A stretch of 59,700 bases of DNA from the NCBI GenBank assembly GCA_963614045.1, contig CAVEBU010000004.1, forward strand, positions 1 through 59,700, given 5' to 3'. How positions within the stretch are numbered: the first letter of the stretch is position 1; every line of letters begins with the position of its first letter. Of the stretch, positions 18,301 to 26,930 are shown one piece after another. The notes below the pieces were generated by a model. The model saw nothing but the letters and a program-made list of their open reading frames with translations. It did no database searches and was not told the origin of the DNA. Origin of the DNA: Alistipes finegoldii (GTDB taxonomy: Bacteria > Bacillota > Clostridia > Christensenellales > UBA1242). The position numbers and the translations under genes were made by a program.

Positions 18301-19305
18301 ATGGAACAAGACAAAAAATTAATGCACCCACAAGCGAAGCACTTCACCGAACAGTCGCTATCATTTTTGACAGAACAAGTAACCACAAAGAAGCGTGAGC
18401 TAAATGAATTGGGCGAAATCGTAATCAGAAATGCAAAAATGGAATTGTATATCGCACAAACGGAAGGCGTCCCTGTTGAAGATATGTCAGATGTTGCTCA
18501 AGCATTATACAACAATCCTGACTTGCGTATTGAAAGTGCTTTCACAGGCAAGGTTGTTTATATCGAGAACGGCAAAAAAACAGAATTTTTGGACACAAGC
18601 AAAGGTGAGGAAACTCTTGTAGTAAGGGTTAATGAATCTACTACAAACGCAGGCGAATCTAAAGAAGTTTCGGAAGAGTTCTTTGACGGCACGCAAGACG
18701 GCAATACCGCAGAACAAGACGAATCTACAGGCGATTCTGTAGAAGTTTATCCACTTGCAGTCGTAGAGCCTATTGTCAAGCATTTTGACAAATTAAAGCC
18801 TGCTTACACTGGCGACATTGCAACAAAAATTTACAAAACTTCCGTTTTGAAGCCTGCAAGAGAATTGGTTAAAGCTTTGATTGATGAGCAGGTTCAAATC
18901 GCTCTCAATAATTTGACAACCAACGCACACGCAAAGCCACCTGTTCGCACGGTTACATACAAGAATTCTTTGGGTACTTTTAAGAATTACTCTCAAATTT
19001 CCTCCGTTTATGAGGCTGTAATTAGAGGCTCGAAATTTGCTCAATTTAAGTTTGACGACCTTGAGGATGTCGCTCACAAAGTTGCAACACTCGACTCACT
19101 CGCCTACACTATTATTAGTAATGCCGAGCAGTTCAAGGAGGACAATGCCCAAATTTTGAGTAGCAAGAACCTGACCGCCGAAAACATAAGGCAATATTAC
19201 ACCGCTTTGGGTAAATTTGAGTCAACCAAAGGAAGCAAGACTTCTGGTCAAGCAGTTATTAAAGCGGAAATTTCAGACGATGTTGCAAATATTATGGCAA
19301 AATAA
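18301..19305 (+). CDS. hypothetical protein, acidic, no recognisable domain
   Basis: 334-aa ORF with a strong promoter, AAGAGGT RBS and a terminator downstream. Confidence 0.6.
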   Translation: MEQDKKLMHPQAKHFTEQSLSFLTEQVTTKKRELNELGEIVIRNAKMELYIAQTEGVPVEDMSDVAQALYNNPDLRIESAFTGKVVYIENGKKTEFLDTSKGEETLVVRVNESTTNAGESKEVSEEFFDGTQDGNTAEQDESTGDSVEVYPLAVVEPIVKHFDKLKPAYTGDIATKIYKTSVLKPARELVKALIDEQVQIALNNLTTNAHAKPPVRTVTYKNSLGTFKNYSQISSVYEAVIRGSKFAQFKFDDLEDVAHKVATLDSLAYTIISNAEQFKEDNAQILSSKNLTAENIRQYYTALGKFESTKGSKTSGQAVIKAEISDDVANIMAK

Positions 19306-19331
19306 TATTTTATTAAATCTATAAACTTATA

Positions 19332-19369
19332 AACCCCGAAAGTCATCTAACTCTCGGGGTTTAATTTTT
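19332..19369. terminator. rho-independent terminator (between convergent genes)
   Basis: Stem AACCCCGAAAG/CTCTCGGGGTT (one mismatch), 8-nt loop, then TAATTTTT. Confidence 0.6.
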
Positions 19370-19422
19370 AACTTCCTATTTAATCTTGCAAGAGAATTTC
19401 TAGCTTTTTTGTATTTTTGCAG

Positions 19423-20580
19423 TTAATTCGTAATCATATTATCTATGTAAATGCCGAAGCCTTTTGTCGGGTCGTTTACAAATACATGCGTGATTGCACC
19501 TATCAATTTGCCGTTTTGGACAATTGGGCTTCCGCTCATTCCTTGAATTATCCCGCCAGTGATTTTCAATAAAATTTCGTCCGTCACCTTGAAAACGAGA
19601 TTTTTTTGCTTGCCCGCACCCGTAAAATTCGTCTTGATAATTTCAATTTCATAAGGGCGGATATTTTTCCCGTCAATACAAGAGTAAATCGTCGCTTTAC
19701 CAGGTTTCACAGTCAAACGCCCGCCCAAATCCACCTTAAGCCGATTTTCGCTATCGAAATTTTGTAGGTCGATGTTGCCGTAAACACCTGTTTCGCAATT
19801 TTTGTCAACAGAACCGATTTCACTTTTGCTGCGGGGCAAAATCGCTTTAATTTCACCCGGCAAACCCCTTTCCGCCTTTTTGACGCCAAGCACAACGCAT
19901 TTTTGCGCCTTACCCGAATCCACCTCAAAAATCGCTTGCGAATTCGGTTCAACTATAGGATGACCTAGCGCCCCAAATCGCCCCGTTTGTGTGTCAATAT
20001 ATGTAACAGTCCCGACGCCATTAAGCCCCAGACGAACCCAAACACCCAGTTTATACTGCTTTGTTAGTTCATCAAATTTCGGCTTTATAACCCGCTCAAT
20101 TTTTGTCGCATCACGCACGAGTTTTACGCATACTTCTTTGCCCTTTTTCTCGCCGTTTAAAGTGGAAGCAATATCACTAACACCGCAAATTTCCTTGTCG
20201 TCAATCGCATAAATCACGTCACCCGCCTGCAAATCAGCATTTTCCTCGCCCAATCCCTTGTTTGACACCACAAGCACACCCTTGCCGTCGTATTCGAAGC
20301 CCCACACGTCACCCCCAATATAGACTTGCCTGTTCTCAATTGCGTTGACGCTGTGAATTTTGACAGTATTCATCAAAAGAAAATCGACAGTTTTATCCTC
20401 TTTGTTATACTTCGATTGAACAAGACTATTCACGTTTTGGCTGTAGTTTTGGTCACTTACAACCAAATTTTGTGGCATTAGAAAAACCTCGTCGAACGGA
20501 CGAGTCCAACCGCCAATAGCAAAGGCAATCGCCAAGCAAAAAGCAATACTCAAGCATATTTTACTTAATTTCATATCCAC
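19423..20580 (-). CDS. spoIVB: SpoIVB peptidase (S55 family, sporulation signalling protease)
   Basis: 385 aa with N-terminal membrane anchor, a PDZ-like middle region (LQAGDVIYAIDDKEI), and C-terminal GMSGSPIVQNGKLIGAITHVF serine-protease block. GTG 20580 or ATG 20574 start. Confidence 0.9.
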   Translation of the reverse strand: MDMKLSKICLSIAFCLAIAFAIGGWTRPFDEVFLMPQNLVVSDQNYSQNVNSLVQSKYNKEDKTVDFLLMNTVKIHSVNAIENRQVYIGGDVWGFEYDGKGVLVVSNKGLGEENADLQAGDVIYAIDDKEICGVSDIASTLNGEKKGKEVCVKLVRDATKIERVIKPKFDELTKQYKLGVWVRLGLNGVGTVTYIDTQTGRFGALGHPIVEPNSQAIFEVDSGKAQKCVVLGVKKAERGLPGEIKAILPRSKSEIGSVDKNCETGVYGNIDLQNFDSENRLKVDLGGRLTVKPGKATIYSCIDGKNIRPYEIEIIKTNFTGAGKQKNLVFKVTDEILLKITGGIIQGMSGSPIVQNGKLIGAITHVFVNDPTKGFGIYIDNMITN

Positions 20581-20739
20581 TTATCCTCTTGGGCTAGTTT
20601 GCGTTTTTACTGCCATTTTTATGCTGAAAAATTAAGTAAAATTATGTTATTTTTTGACAACTGATTTTGTATGCACGCAAGTTTTTTAAACAAAAAAAGA
20701 CGCCCTCTCCCTCGAGAAATTGCGCCTAATTTTGCATAA

Positions 20740-21198
20740 TTATAAAGTAGTCATAAACTCCTTTACACGCTCAAGAACCAATTCGGCACTTTTTGCGTCC
20801 GCCGTAATCAAAAGCACTGTGTCATCGCCGTAGACAATCCCCATTACGCCCGAAATTGTTTGCTTGTCAATTACCGACGCAATAATGTTTGCCACGCCAC
20901 GCAAAGTTCTAATCACGATTTGGTTACATACTGCAGCAACGCTCAACACTGATTCCTTAAAAATCGTGTTAATCTTGCCCGCATAACCATGACTATCGCC
21001 TTCCACGATAGCATACTTGTATTTCTTTTGTTCCCCAGCAACTTTAAAGAGACCCAAATCTTTTATATCTCTACTTATAGTCGCCTGAGTAACTTTGAAG
21101 CCAGCAGATTTCAATGCGCTGACTAATTCGTCTTGAGTATCAATTTCAAACTTATTGATAATCTCAATAATTTTCGCTTGACGAGATGTCCTTGCCAT
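20740..21198 (-). CDS. argR: arginine repressor ArgR/AhrC
   Basis: RQAKIIEIINKFEIDTQDELVSALKSAGFKVTQATISRDIKDLGL winged-helix N-domain, plus a C-terminal oligomerisation domain with GDDTVLL. Start moved to ATG 21198 (AAGGGTGG RBS). Confidence 0.92.
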   Translation of the reverse strand: MARTSRQAKIIEIINKFEIDTQDELVSALKSAGFKVTQATISRDIKDLGLFKVAGEQKKYKYAIVEGDSHGYAGKINTIFKESVLSVAAVCNQIVIRTLRGVANIIASVIDKQTISGVMGIVYGDDTVLLITADAKSAELVLERVKEFMTTL

Positions 21199-21214
21199 AA
21201 TTATTACCACCCTT

Positions 21215-21230
21215 TTGTATATTTATACAA
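21215..21230. promoter_or_regulatory. ARG-box-like palindrome just upstream of argR
   Basis: TTGTATA-TT-TATACAA is a 16-bp AT-rich palindrome located between a TATAAT box (21235-21240, minus strand) and the argR RBS. Confidence 0.45.
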
Positions 21231-21340
21231 TCCTATTATATAACAAAATTTATAATTATGCAATACCTTTTTGCATTTTTATGCATTTTTTTGCAAATTT
21301 TTTAGAAAAAAGGGTGTTTTTGGGGTAAAAATGGATAATT

Positions 21341-21958
21341 TTAGGAGTTTTTTGTCCTAGTTTTATGCTTTTTTGATACAAAAATTAGCTTTCGGGCAAC
21401 AAAAATCACGATTTGTGTCGAGTGATTTAATGCATAACTTTTGCCAATTGCCTTCGCTGAAATCGTAATAGACGCAATCAACGAGTTAAGTAGCAAGGAA
21501 ATTATCAGCGAATTCGCTCCAGGGAAGCAACTTAGCAAAATCGCCGAAATTGTTACACCTCCCGCACCGCACAAAATTCCGCAAATGTCCCCCACAACAT
21601 CGCCACAAATACACGAAACCTTGTCCGCATTTTTGACCATTTTTATTGCGACGTCAGCGCCTTTTTGGTTGCGTTTGCTCAGTTCTAATAACGGTTTTAT
21701 ACTGCACGCCGTAACCGCCATTGCGATTATGTCAAAAAACACGTTCGCCAGCATCAACAAAATTATCAATATCAGCGCTAGCCCCAAACTGCTGTGCGCA
21801 AGCATTAATTCGGAAACAAGCGCAAACAAAATAGATAACCCCAAAGAAATCAAAAAAACCTCAATTAGCCACCTCAAATTCCTTTTAGGCTTATCCTTTT
21901 TGTTGCTCAAAACCCGAATCATTTGCTTCTCTACTAAATTCGCTCGTTCCTTTTTCAC
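21341..21958 (-). CDS. membrane protein, DUF21 (CNNM-type transmembrane domain)-like, without CBS domains
   Basis: 205 aa with four hydrophobic segments. The pattern LANVFFDIIAMAVTA...LSKRNQKGADVAIKMVKN resembles DUF21. GTG start without a clear RBS, so the start is uncertain. Confidence 0.35.
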   Translation of the reverse strand: MKKERANLVEKQMIRVLSNKKDKPKRNLRWLIEVFLISLGLSILFALVSELMLAHSSLGLALILIILLMLANVFFDIIAMAVTACSIKPLLELSKRNQKGADVAIKMVKNADKVSCICGDVVGDICGILCGAGGVTISAILLSCFPGANSLIISLLLNSLIASITISAKAIGKSYALNHSTQIVIFVARKLIFVSKKHKTRTKNS

Positions 21959-22045
21959 ATATTAATAATATGCCCCCACCCTCACAAAAATGTATATTTA
22001 TTCTTTTTCGCTCCCGCAAAAATAAAATAGTAAAAGCCACATCCT

Positions 22046-22122
22046 CTTCGTCATCCTGACCCACCATCGCAGTATATCTCTTGAAAGATCTGTGAGCGAA
22101 GCGAACCCAGATAACAAGCAAG
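22046..22122. repeat. second intergenic repeat family, copy A
   Basis: Shares CTTCGTCATCCTGA (22046-22059) and AACAAGCAAG.CGA (22113-22125) with 59630-59677. Contains GAGCGAAGCGAA. Confidence 0.5.
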
Positions 22123-22198
22123 TCGAAAACTTGCAAAGGTAAAATAATTTTATCCTCTTATATTTAAAGAAAATTTTATCCTTTAATTATATTTATTA

Positions 22199-22225
22199 GG
22201 GGTTCAGCGGTTTACCGCTGAACCC
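22199..22225. repeat. GC-rich perfect hairpin (REP-like)
   Basis: GGGGTTCAGCGG-TTTA-CCGCTGAACCC, an 11-bp perfect stem with no flanking T-run, so not an obvious terminator. Confidence 0.6.
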
Positions 22226-22267
22226 AAATTTAAATAAAGGATGAAATATTTTATCCTCTTAAAAAAC

Positions 22268-22357
22268 GGGGGGGCTTGGTGCGTGCGTTCGTGCCGAACG
22301 CACACCGCTCCGCAACAGCGGAGCAAAATACGCTGAAAGCGTATTCACCAAGCCCCC
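22268..22357. repeat. GC-rich four-way-junction repeat, copy 3
   Basis: Same architecture as copies 1 and 2. H1 loop is TGC, H2 is GCTCCGC-AACA-GCGGAGC, H3 loop is GAA, with one mismatch in the outer stem (T at 22345). On the minus strand it is followed by GTTTTTT. Confidence 0.85.
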
Positions 22358-22524
22358 ACCCCTTTGTCTAAAGTTACCAGGGTTGAAACACTTGCATATA
22401 ATTATATCTAGCCTTTCATGTTTTAGTGTGCGACTTGTAAAGTTTGTGTTGAAACTTAAAAACCGCACAACTCAAAACAAAACAAATTTTTTAAAAAATT
22501 TTTTTAAAAATCGTGAACATATGT

Positions 22525-22553
22525 TTGACAACAAAAATTTTTTGTGATATACT
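22525..22553 (+). promoter_or_regulatory. sigma-A type promoter of the HTH gene
   Basis: TTGACA (22525-22530), 17-nt spacer ending TGtga, TATACT (22548-22553). Confidence 0.6.
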
Positions 22554-22576
22554 AATCAAAAATTAGGAGGAAAATT

Positions 22577-22966
22577 ATGAATGTATATTTAATGTTTAGT
22601 CTATTACTTGATTTAATGCGACACGAAAAAATTACAGCAAAATTTGTAGCCGAAAAGCTCGAACTTAGCACCCGCACGATTTATCGTTATGTGGACAGTT
22701 TGAGCGCAAATGGTGTGCCAGTTTCCACGTCAACAGGGCGAAATGGCGGGATTTTCTTGACTCAAAAGTATGATTTGAATTCAATTTATTTCACTGATGA
22801 CGACTTAAAATTGATGTGCGGCTTGCTGAAGAATTCTACCGACCCAAACGCCTCTTTTGTAATGCAAAAACTACTCTTAATCGGTGATTATAGAAAAAAT
22901 CTCCAAAAAACAACAATGAGTAGCGAAACAAAGCAAGTCGTAGATTTTTCTCAAAAATTTTTTTGA
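22577..22966 (+). CDS. HTH-domain transcriptional regulator (HTH_11/YafY N-terminal type, short)
   Basis: 129 aa. ITAKFVAEKLELSTRTIYRYVDSLSANGVPV is a typical DeoR/HTH_11 helix-turn-helix. AGGAGG RBS. Confidence 0.65.
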   Translation: MNVYLMFSLLLDLMRHEKITAKFVAEKLELSTRTIYRYVDSLSANGVPVSTSTGRNGGIFLTQKYDLNSIYFTDDDLKLMCGLLKNSTDPNASFVMQKLLLIGDYRKNLQKTTMSSETKQVVDFSQKFF

Positions 22967-23096
22967 CAAATTGCGCTAAAAACAAATAAGGACGGTGAAT
23001 TGAGCCGTCTTTTCTTCTATTTTTCTCCCCCATTTTTAGCCTTAAAAACACACACACGCTATAAAAATCAGCTTGATTCGCACCAAATAACGTCCG

Positions 23097-24200
23097 TTAT
23101 TTTTCTACGATTGCTCTAATTTTATCCAAATCTTGCAACACTTCGCTATCAAATCGGACAGGGTTTTTGTTTACAGAATTTTCGTTTGAAATAGCATTTT
23201 TTATAGCAATATTTAGCAATTGCGCAAACGAAACGCCTTCATTTTTCCACAAATAAAAAGCAAAACTTCCAGGAATTGTGTTCACCTCATTTAGATAAAC
23301 AACGTCATTGGACACCAAAAAATCGAATCGCACCACGCCACTCATATCAAGATTTTCATAGACTAAAGCTGAATTTTTGAGAATTTTATCAAGAATTTTC
23401 ACCGAAATATTCGCTGGAACAGTGCGACGGGCAGTACTTTTGCGAGTATACTTGTCGTCAAAAGTGTAAAAATTATGCTCATTTTCAACTTCTTCAACGC
23501 TAGAAAACTTTACTTCGTCCTTACTTCGCACGAGCGAAATATTCAGCTCACGAAAATCGCAAAGAGCTTCTTCAATTATGATTTTTGAATCAAATAATAC
23601 AGAAAAACTCAGCGCTTCCCCCAAATCTTCCACCCGTTCCACACAACGAATTCCAACACTACTTCCACAGCGAGCAGGTTTTACCATAAGCGGAAAGCGT
23701 AGTTTTTTAATCGCCGATTCTTGTAATTTGCTAAGATTGTTTGCAGTTCCCCACACGAATTTTGGAGTGTTAATATTGAGGCTTTTGAGTAGCATTTTTG
23801 TTACAACTTTATCCATACAAACAGCACTCGCCAGGACATTGGGCGACGTAAACGGCACACCAGCTAATTTTAGCACACCTTGAACAGCACCGCCCTCGTA
23901 TTCTCCGCCATGCAAACACAATAGCGCACAATCAATCGTCGTTTTGCTATAACCCCATAAGTTTTTGACAAACAAATCCTTGCAATTTGGCTTGAAAAAA
24001 CACTCTTTCCCGCTCGGTTCAGTCTTAAAACTACCCGAATTCAGCAAATGGCTTCCACTCAACCACTGTCCTTTTGTGTTTATGTAAATCGGAATCGGAT
24101 TATAGTTTAAACTGAGATTTTTAATCGCCCCAATTGCTGTAATAATTGATATACTATGTTCGTAAGTTGCGCCACCGAAAATAACCGCAATATTGTACAT
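23097..24200 (-). CDS. ddl: D-alanine--D-alanine ligase
   Basis: 367 aa. N-terminal IAVIFGGATYEHSISIITA, ATP-grasp core (MVKPARCGSSVGI) and C-terminal EVNTIPG motif. GGAGG RBS. Confidence 0.92.
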   Translation of the reverse strand: MYNIAVIFGGATYEHSISIITAIGAIKNLSLNYNPIPIYINTKGQWLSGSHLLNSGSFKTEPSGKECFFKPNCKDLFVKNLWGYSKTTIDCALLCLHGGEYEGGAVQGVLKLAGVPFTSPNVLASAVCMDKVVTKMLLKSLNINTPKFVWGTANNLSKLQESAIKKLRFPLMVKPARCGSSVGIRCVERVEDLGEALSFSVLFDSKIIIEEALCDFRELNISLVRSKDEVKFSSVEEVENEHNFYTFDDKYTRKSTARRTVPANISVKILDKILKNSALVYENLDMSGVVRFDFLVSNDVVYLNEVNTIPGSFAFYLWKNEGVSFAQLLNIAIKNAISNENSVNKNPVRFDSEVLQDLDKIRAIVEK

Positions 24201-24253
24201 TTTTCCTCCAAGAATTTTTATTAATTATATGCGCACAATTTGATTTTGGTGAC

Positions 24254-24279
24254 AAAAAAGGCAGTCGCTTCCGACCGCC
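24254..24279 (-). terminator. rho-independent terminator
   Basis: Stem GGCAGTCG/CGACCGCC (one mismatch), loop CTTC. Followed on the minus strand by TTTTTT. Confidence 0.45.
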
Positions 24280-24323
24280 CCCAAAAATTCTTTAAGCCAT
24301 AAATCTTGCAAAAATACTCATTT

Positions 24324-25118
24324 TTATAGCGAATTTTCACTTTTTTCGCATTTTTTCGTGTCTTTTTCGCTATTTTCATCATCATTTGAAAACTGCGAAC
24401 GCAAATCATCAATTTCAAAAGAACGACCAACAAACTTCGTCGCAACATAAAAAATCGAAAAAGCAAGCAAAAATTCGGCAAAATAATAAGTAGCTATGCT
24501 CAGTATATCGAACACGAGAATTTTCCCCGCAAAAAGATAAATCATTAGCATAAAATCTGACACAAAAAACAAGCTTGCGCCAATCATTATCAGCAAATGA
24601 ACTTTACGGTTATCCGTCAAGAACACATTTCCGATCGCTTTGCCCAGCATAAATGAAATCACAAAAGCATACGCAATTATGAGAATTTTCTTATCACCAA
24701 AATCAAAAATCGGGCAAAACAGCGCCAAGCACAGAACTACCGCAAAAATTCCCAAGCCGATTAAAAAATCACGCAATTTAAACCCAGTCAGGCAAAGGAA
24801 CGACACAAAAAAGAACACATGCCCAATCGCAAACAGCCCCGCACCAATTACAAAATGGTCAATAAGCAAAATGGCGCCCAAGCACGCACAAACCAAACCC
24901 GACATAATTGACGCCACAAATGGAATATTTCGCCTAATTTTCAGTACGCAATAGACATAAATTAGATTAAACACCCCGCACAATACGAACAGCGAACTTG
25001 CTATAGGCTTAAAAACATATTGCGAGCAATCAACTGTCATATAGAGAATCGCTGACACGATTATGAGAAACGCAAAAACGCAATTGCCCAGCATCGCAAA
25101 TTTGATTTTTTCTTCCAT
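24324..25118 (-). CDS. polytopic membrane protein, YhhN (lysoplasmalogenase)-like
   Basis: 264 aa with about 8 hydrophobic helices and a FFVSDFMLM motif near the C-terminal helices, as in the YhhN family. Charged C-terminal tail. Confidence 0.4.
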   Translation of the reverse strand: MEEKIKFAMLGNCVFAFLIIVSAILYMTVDCSQYVFKPIASSLFVLCGVFNLIYVYCVLKIRRNIPFVASIMSGLVCACLGAILLIDHFVIGAGLFAIGHVFFFVSFLCLTGFKLRDFLIGLGIFAVVLCLALFCPIFDFGDKKILIIAYAFVISFMLGKAIGNVFLTDNRKVHLLIMIGASLFFVSDFMLMIYLFAGKILVFDILSIATYYFAEFLLAFSIFYVATKFVGRSFEIDDLRSQFSNDDENSEKDTKKCEKSENSL

Positions 25119-25254
25119 TTTTCACTCCTTTTTTTTTATTATTATAGCAAATTCACCCCTACTTTGCAAATAAATACAATAAAAAGAGCATATTGATGAC
25201 AAAATTCAGTATGCTCTTCTTTATAAACATTTTTTCAACGATTTCTTGCAGTTT

Positions 25255-25791
25255 TTACTCGTAATCAGGGTCGATTAACCCATAATCACCCTCAGTACGC
25301 CTATAAATAATGTTGACTTTATTGGTGTTAGCATTCAAAAACACGTAGAAGCTGTGGTCAGAATTCTCAAGTTCCATAATCGCTTCCGCTTCAGTCAAAG
25401 GGTAAATAATAAAACTCTTTGACTTGCTAACTTTACATTCTTCAGGCTTGAAGTCAAATTCGTCATCGTTAAATAATAATCCCTTAACGCTACTAGCTTT
25501 GTGCAATTTGTCCGTTTTTTTCTTGGAATACTTAACAATCTGACGCTCAACTTTTGGCAAAGCCAAGTCGATATTTTGATACATATTATCGCTCGCAACT
25601 TCACTGCGGAATAACAACCCTTTATCGACAATCGTCAACTCAAGCTTGTAAGTATCCTTAATTTTACTGCAAACGACTTTTGCACTAGCGGTTTCCTCAA
25701 AATAACGATCAAGTTTAGCGACTTTTTCAGAGATAATCTTCTCCAATTTTTCACTCACTTGATAATTTTTTGACATAATTTTAATTTCCAT
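25255..25791 (-). CDS. hpf: ribosome hibernation promoting factor, long form
   Basis: 178 aa. The N-terminal S30AE/RaiA domain (IKIMSKNYQVSEKLEKIISEKVAKLDRYF) plus a C-terminal dimerisation domain (IYRRTEGDYGLIDP) is typical of Bacillota. Confidence 0.9.
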   Translation of the reverse strand: MEIKIMSKNYQVSEKLEKIISEKVAKLDRYFEETASAKVVCSKIKDTYKLELTIVDKGLLFRSEVASDNMYQNIDLALPKVERQIVKYSKKKTDKLHKASSVKGLLFNDDEFDFKPEECKVSKSKSFIIYPLTEAEAIMELENSDHSFYVFLNANTNKVNIIYRRTEGDYGLIDPDYE

Positions 25792-25941
25792 AAATTCAGT
25801 CCTCCTGTCAATATATTATATATTATATCAAAACTTATGCATTTTGGCAATCAAACTAGCGCAAATTTATTTTTATTTTCGCGAAACTGTTTTTTTGTTA
25901 AAAGAAAACGCACCTAAAATTAGTGCGTCCTTTTGCCGAAT

Positions 25942-26544
25942 TTACTTAGTCGTTGCGGAAGTTGTTTCAGTTAAAGTATAGTTTGCTGGGTCAATAATGA
26001 ATTTATAAACTGCTTCATGCTCCTTTGTTCCGTCAAAACTAATATTCATTGTCAACGTTCTAACAGTGTCATCAACTTGCTGATAAAAGAAGTATGTAGT
26101 TTTCGCAACTTCGCCATCGGCACTAGAAAATGATGCGTGCTTTTCCTTCTCATTTTCCGTCCCCTTATTTAAAATATTGTAAAAACCTTTACCCGTTTCC
26201 TTATCATAAGAAACTTTCGTGACTGTGTTCGATGTGAATTTTATCAGCACAACATTTTTAGCAAGCCCGCCATAAATTTGGTCATTTACAAATTTGTTAG
26301 CAGGAACAGTACCCGTCAGCTTGTAAACAGCATCAAAACCTTCTTCATTTTCACATTTCTCCCAAGTTGCCTTGTCTACCATTCCTTTGTTGCCGTTGTA
26401 AGTAATTTCACCACCATTAAAATCAATGTTGTACATCGAAGTTTGACCACAGGCACTGAACAAAAATAACGCAACAACCACAAAAGCGATAGCAAACACT
26501 GACCGCGCTACACTTTTGAACAAATTTTGTTTTGCAAATTCCAT
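25942..26544 (-). CDS. lipoprotein, unknown function
   Basis: Start moved to ATG 26544 (AGGAGG 7 nt upstream). Signal peptide ends in lipobox LFSAC. Confidence 0.6.
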   Translation of the reverse strand: MEFAKQNLFKSVARSVFAIAFVVVALFLFSACGQTSMYNIDFNGGEITYNGNKGMVDKATWEKCENEEGFDAVYKLTGTVPANKFVNDQIYGGLAKNVVLIKFTSNTVTKVSYDKETGKGFYNILNKGTENEKEKHASFSSADGEVAKTTYFFYQQVDDTVRTLTMNISFDGTKEHEAVYKFIIDPANYTLTETTSATTK

Positions 26545-26784
26545 AATATTCCTCCTCATAATATTAAAAGGCAAATCACCTTTTCATACTCTTTTAATCA
26601 AAAAAGTGTGTTTTTCCCTACTTTTGTATCAAAAAAGAGTGTTTTTTGTGGTTTTTTTGCTAAAATTTCGACTTTTTTCGGTTTTTGAAGTGCTTCTTAA
26701 CTTGATATTCCAACCCTAATCGTCCTATTATCTGCAGTTAGATTAGATAATCGACCAACAAATAACTCAAAATCTTTTTAATAA

Positions 26785-26842
26785 CAAAAAAACGCACATA
26801 GTTAGCATAACCTAAATAACAAAAATTATGCTTTTTTGTGCA
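26785..26842 (-). terminator. rho-independent terminator after the GNAT-like gene
   Basis: Nested stems GCACA/TGTGC and AGCATAA/TTATGCT. Followed on the minus strand by TTTTTTTG. Confidence 0.5.
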
Positions 26843-26930
26843 TTTTTTAATAAAAATCGTGTTTTTTTGCGTTTTTTTGCGTTTTTTAGTTAAAAATCAA
26901 GCTATTTGAGATATTCAATATCCTAATCAG

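Noticed and set aside
21891-22136. 81-aa minus-strand ORF in the repeat-dense spacer
   Set aside because: It has a TTG start 16 nt from the nearest SD-like sequence. It reads through repeat-family-2 sequence and overlaps the 5' end of the 21341-21958 gene in another frame.
24221-24481. 86-aa minus-strand ORF overlapping the 3' end of the YhhN-like gene
   Set aside because: It overlaps a better-supported CDS in another frame and runs across that gene's terminator, with no RBS.
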